Assembly (NCBI GenBank): GCA_003694805.1
Contig: RFJU01000038.1
Location: 1 to 48,431, forward strand
Source of the DNA: Candidatus Woesearchaeota archaeon
GTDB taxonomy: Archaea > Nanobdellota > Nanobdellia > Woesearchaeales > J110
Length of the DNA: 48,431 bases
Direction of reading: 5' to 3'
This document shows, one piece after another, positions 45,579 through 48,431 of the stretch. The position numbers and the translations under genes are program-made. The first letter of the stretch is position 1. Every line of letters begins with the position of its first letter. The notes under the pieces are model-generated. The model had not been told where the DNA came from. It searched no databases and worked only from the letters and a program-made list of their open reading frames with translations.

Positions 45579-46876
45579 CGCGCACCACCCCTAACCATGC
45601 TCTGCCCATCCCGGACGCCCCCCTTTGCGCAAACGTGAAGGCTGGGATTACCTAGCAAGAGCGGCACTTGCTCCCGCCCCCGCTCTGCCCCCTCAACACT
45701 TGCCACCCTCAAGGCCAAGTCGTTGAGGACGTTCATAAATGCTATGAACGCCTCGTAAGGGCTGTCATACGGGTTGAAGTACTTATGCACATCGCCATCC
45801 GAGAACCACTTCGTACACATATAATAGGCGTGATCGCTCGTCGTCAGCCGCCTCCAATCTTCTACAAGCTTCTCGTCACGCTTTGCCTTCACCGCCGCCT
45901 CGAGCTTGTAGAGTTCGGAAAGCGCGTTTCGTTGCATGGCATTCCCAAGCCACGCGCTTACGTCACGCTCAACATCCGCCCACGAAACAAAATTATGCAT
46001 ATCCACCTCTCCTCGAACAGGGTACCGAAGAGCAGCTTCGGAAACCGTGACGAAATCATTATCCGGGTGCTTCAAGATCTCCCCCGGAAGCGCCTCTAAA
46101 AAATGAAAAATACCCGTATCTTCCCATTGGTGCTCGCCGAATGTTTCGTAATCCATAAACAAATTCACCACGTCCCCATTTCCATTCGCGGCTGACACCC
46201 ATTGAGCAAACTTTTCTGCTGTGAGCGGATACTCCTCCCACGCCGTGTTCCCAAACCGGAACGCGATGTCATCGCTGAGCTTGTAATTCTTCAAAAGCAA
46301 TTTGATACCCTGCGCGGACCTGGCTGTATAAAGAAAGTTTGGCGAGCGCCACGAAAGAATATGATCCGCGCCTTCACCCAAGACCGCCAAGAAACCCAAA
46401 TCCTCCAGCAACTTCGCAAGCTCATTGTTCAAGATAAGCTCGGTGTGGCGGAAAACACGTGGCGTCTGCCCGAAAAGCTCTCGCACTTTGTCCGTGTGCC
46501 GCTTCACTTGCGCCAAGAACTCGGGCTTAGAATACAAGTACGCTAAGGAATGATAATACGTTTCTGTTAAGAACTCAACACATCCCGTCTCTGCCAACTC
46601 TCGAAAGCTCTCAAGGACTTCCGGCGCGAACGCTTCAAACTGCTCTAAACAAACTCCTGAAATGCTAAACGAAACCTTAAACGCTCCCTTCAACCTCCGT
46701 ATCAGTCCAAGCAAAACGTTGTTCGCCGGCAGGTAGCTCTTGCGCGCTACTTTCTGCAAAATTGCTTTATTTTTCTCATCATCAAAATAGTTACTGTGCT
46801 TGCCTATTTCAAAGAGAGAATACCTTCTCAACCGGAGCGGCTGGTGGACCTGGAAATACAAACACACACTTACCAT
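45575..46876 (-). CDS. Glycoside hydrolase family 57 (alpha-amylase type)
   Basis: YFQVHQP (CSR-1), ETYYHSL, FRHTELI (nucleophile Glu region), LSDDIAFRF, FMDYETFGEHQW (acid/base Asp), TSDHAYY. Confidence 0.93.
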   Translation of the reverse strand: MVSVCLYFQVHQPLRLRRYSLFEIGKHSNYFDDEKNKAILQKVARKSYLPANNVLLGLIRRLKGAFKVSFSISGVCLEQFEAFAPEVLESFRELAETGCVEFLTETYYHSLAYLYSKPEFLAQVKRHTDKVRELFGQTPRVFRHTELILNNELAKLLEDLGFLAVLGEGADHILSWRSPNFLYTARSAQGIKLLLKNYKLSDDIAFRFGNTAWEEYPLTAEKFAQWVSAANGNGDVVNLFMDYETFGEHQWEDTGIFHFLEALPGEILKHPDNDFVTVSEAALRYPVRGEVDMHNFVSWADVERDVSAWLGNAMQRNALSELYKLEAAVKAKRDEKLVEDWRRLTTSDHAYYMCTKWFSDGDVHKYFNPYDSPYEAFIAFMNVLNDLALRVASVEGAERGREQVPLLLGNPSLHVCAKGGVRDGQSMVRGGAR

Positions 46877-48159
46877 GCAACACCCTCCTTCCCCACTACT
46901 TCCTGATATACTTGCAAACATTTCCCGGCAGGAACATCCCAGGTCAGCCGCTTCACTTCCAGGTAGCCATGCTGCTTCAACTCATGATGCAGCGCTTGGT
47001 AATGCAAAAGCGAAAGTATGTGCTCCGCCAAGGACTGAACGTCCCAAAAATCAACTTTGATGCAGTGGTGCAAGACCTCGCTCACGCCCGACTGCTTTGA
47101 AATAATGCAAGGCGTCCCCTTCACCATCGCCTCAAGCGGAACCACCCCGAACGGCTCGGACACGGAGGGCATCACAAAGACATCGGCCATGCTAAACAAG
47201 ACCTCCGCTTGATTTCTATCATAAAACCCGGTGAAGAAGAATCGTTGGGACAAGCCCAGCTCCGCCACCCTGTCAATCATCCTGCCTAGTTGATCACCTG
47301 AACCGGCAAGGACGAACTTCACGTTCGGATCCCTCTCCGCAACAATTCTTGCAGCCTCAACAAAGTACTCCGGCCCCTTCTGGAGCGTCACCCTCCCAGC
47401 AAAGAGAACCACCTTATCGCCCTGTTTCACCTTGATGTCATGCACCTTCCCCTCCTGCAAGGGAACCGCGGCGTTATGCACTACCCGAATCTTCTCGGCA
47501 GGAACACCATAGCTTGTGATGAGGCGTTGTTTGACAAAGTCAGACACTGCAATGACAACATCTGCATGCTCCATCCCGTACCGCTCCATATCATACACGC
47601 GCTGGTCAACGCCAGCCCCGCCGCTCTTGTCAAATTCGGTAATGTGCACGTGCACCACCAAGGGCTTCCCCGTCGCGTACTTGGCTGCAACCCCTGCAGG
47701 GAACGTCCAATGGTCATGGGCGTGGATGACATCAAACCCTTCCGTTTCGGCGAGGTGAGCTGCAATGATGCGCACCTTTTCTGCAAAGCGATGCACCTCA
47801 GCCCAGAGATCTTCACCATACAGCGGCTTGCTCCCCCCATCAAACCGATTCATAGCAAGGGAACGCTCTAACAAAGCATTATAGGACGCCGGCGTTGCGT
47901 ACGCATGAAGCAAGGAATCTACAGGAAGAAGCGAGATCTTATCATCCGGCACGGTGTTGTTTGCGATAATGAGACGAAAGCCCTCCCCCCCGGCACCTTC
48001 CACTTCGTTTACTGCCTGCGGGCCTGAGGGCATACAATAGGTTACCTCTACACCGAGGTTTGCGAGGGCCTTGCAAAGCTGCGCGCATACGATTCCAACA
48101 CCACCTGCAAAGTAAGGTGGAAACTCCCACCCCAACATAAATACGCGGATCCTCCTCAC
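46870..48159 (-). CDS. GT4 family glycosyltransferase (glycogen synthase-like)
   Basis: MLGWEFPP..GGVG, DVIHAHDHW, GRVTLQKGPEYF, PSVSEPFGVVPLEAM; probable GTG start at 48159. Confidence 0.9.
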   Translation of the reverse strand: MRRIRVFMLGWEFPPYFAGGVGIVCAQLCKALANLGVEVTYCMPSGPQAVNEVEGAGGEGFRLIIANNTVPDDKISLLPVDSLLHAYATPASYNALLERSLAMNRFDGGSKPLYGEDLWAEVHRFAEKVRIIAAHLAETEGFDVIHAHDHWTFPAGVAAKYATGKPLVVHVHITEFDKSGGAGVDQRVYDMERYGMEHADVVIAVSDFVKQRLITSYGVPAEKIRVVHNAAVPLQEGKVHDIKVKQGDKVVLFAGRVTLQKGPEYFVEAARIVAERDPNVKFVLAGSGDQLGRMIDRVAELGLSQRFFFTGFYDRNQAEVLFSMADVFVMPSVSEPFGVVPLEAMVKGTPCIISKQSGVSEVLHHCIKVDFWDVQSLAEHILSLLHYQALHHELKQHGYLEVKRLTWDVPAGKCLQVYQEVVGKEGVAW

Positions 48160-48431
48160 CCCTCTTTCCTTCTCCTTGCGCTTATGCTCCCGTGTGACAA
48201 CCAGCGCCGCATTAGGAGCGAGACCGTGCAGGACTTGCTGGCTCGGCCGCAACGAACAACACAACAGTTGCAGCAGTCAAACAAGTCACTCAACTGCTCG
48301 TGCCCACTCAGCCCTTTGTTTATGAACTGTTGTTTAAAAATGTTTTCTTTTTAAAGAAATGGTGAGGCCTGCCAACACCGATTTTTTAGAAAAAAAAGCC
48401 AAAAAAACAATTTAATTTTACATTAAAAAAC

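Overview
Archaeal genomic DNA, most likely from a DPANN lineage such as Woesearchaeota. This rests on TATA/BRE promoters about 25 nt upstream of many start codons, GGTGA/GGAGG ribosome-binding sites, an archaeal SRP54, a tRNA with a bulge-helix-bulge intron, and CCA-less tRNA genes. The lineage call is inference from protein style. Left to right: a partial DHH/DHHA1 phosphoesterase, small hypotheticals, SRP54 and tRNA-Asn; a ~23 kb cell-surface locus (5151-27841); a MoxR-DUF58-VWA operon; a divergent PAP2; intron-containing tRNA-Thr(UGU); a PadR/ABC/COG1361 operon; an AI-2E transporter; and a seven-gene glycogen/alpha-glucan cluster. The main candidate novel system is the surface locus, which looks like an undescribed donor-strand-complementation fimbria. 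A 3818-aa beta-helix/LamG/FG-GAP adhesin ends in a domain homologous to the body of a 211-aa pilin-like protein. A short G-x-[VA]-x-L-x-[IV] strand occurs near the N-terminus of the pilin, twice in a 76-aa mini-protein, and once in a membrane-anchored Cys-rich protein. Two paralogous DUF916/DUF3324-like membrane proteins may act as the assembly platform. A divergent control region carries two operator types beside an HTH gene and two tandem RHH genes. All family assignments come from motif recognition by eye; no searches were run.
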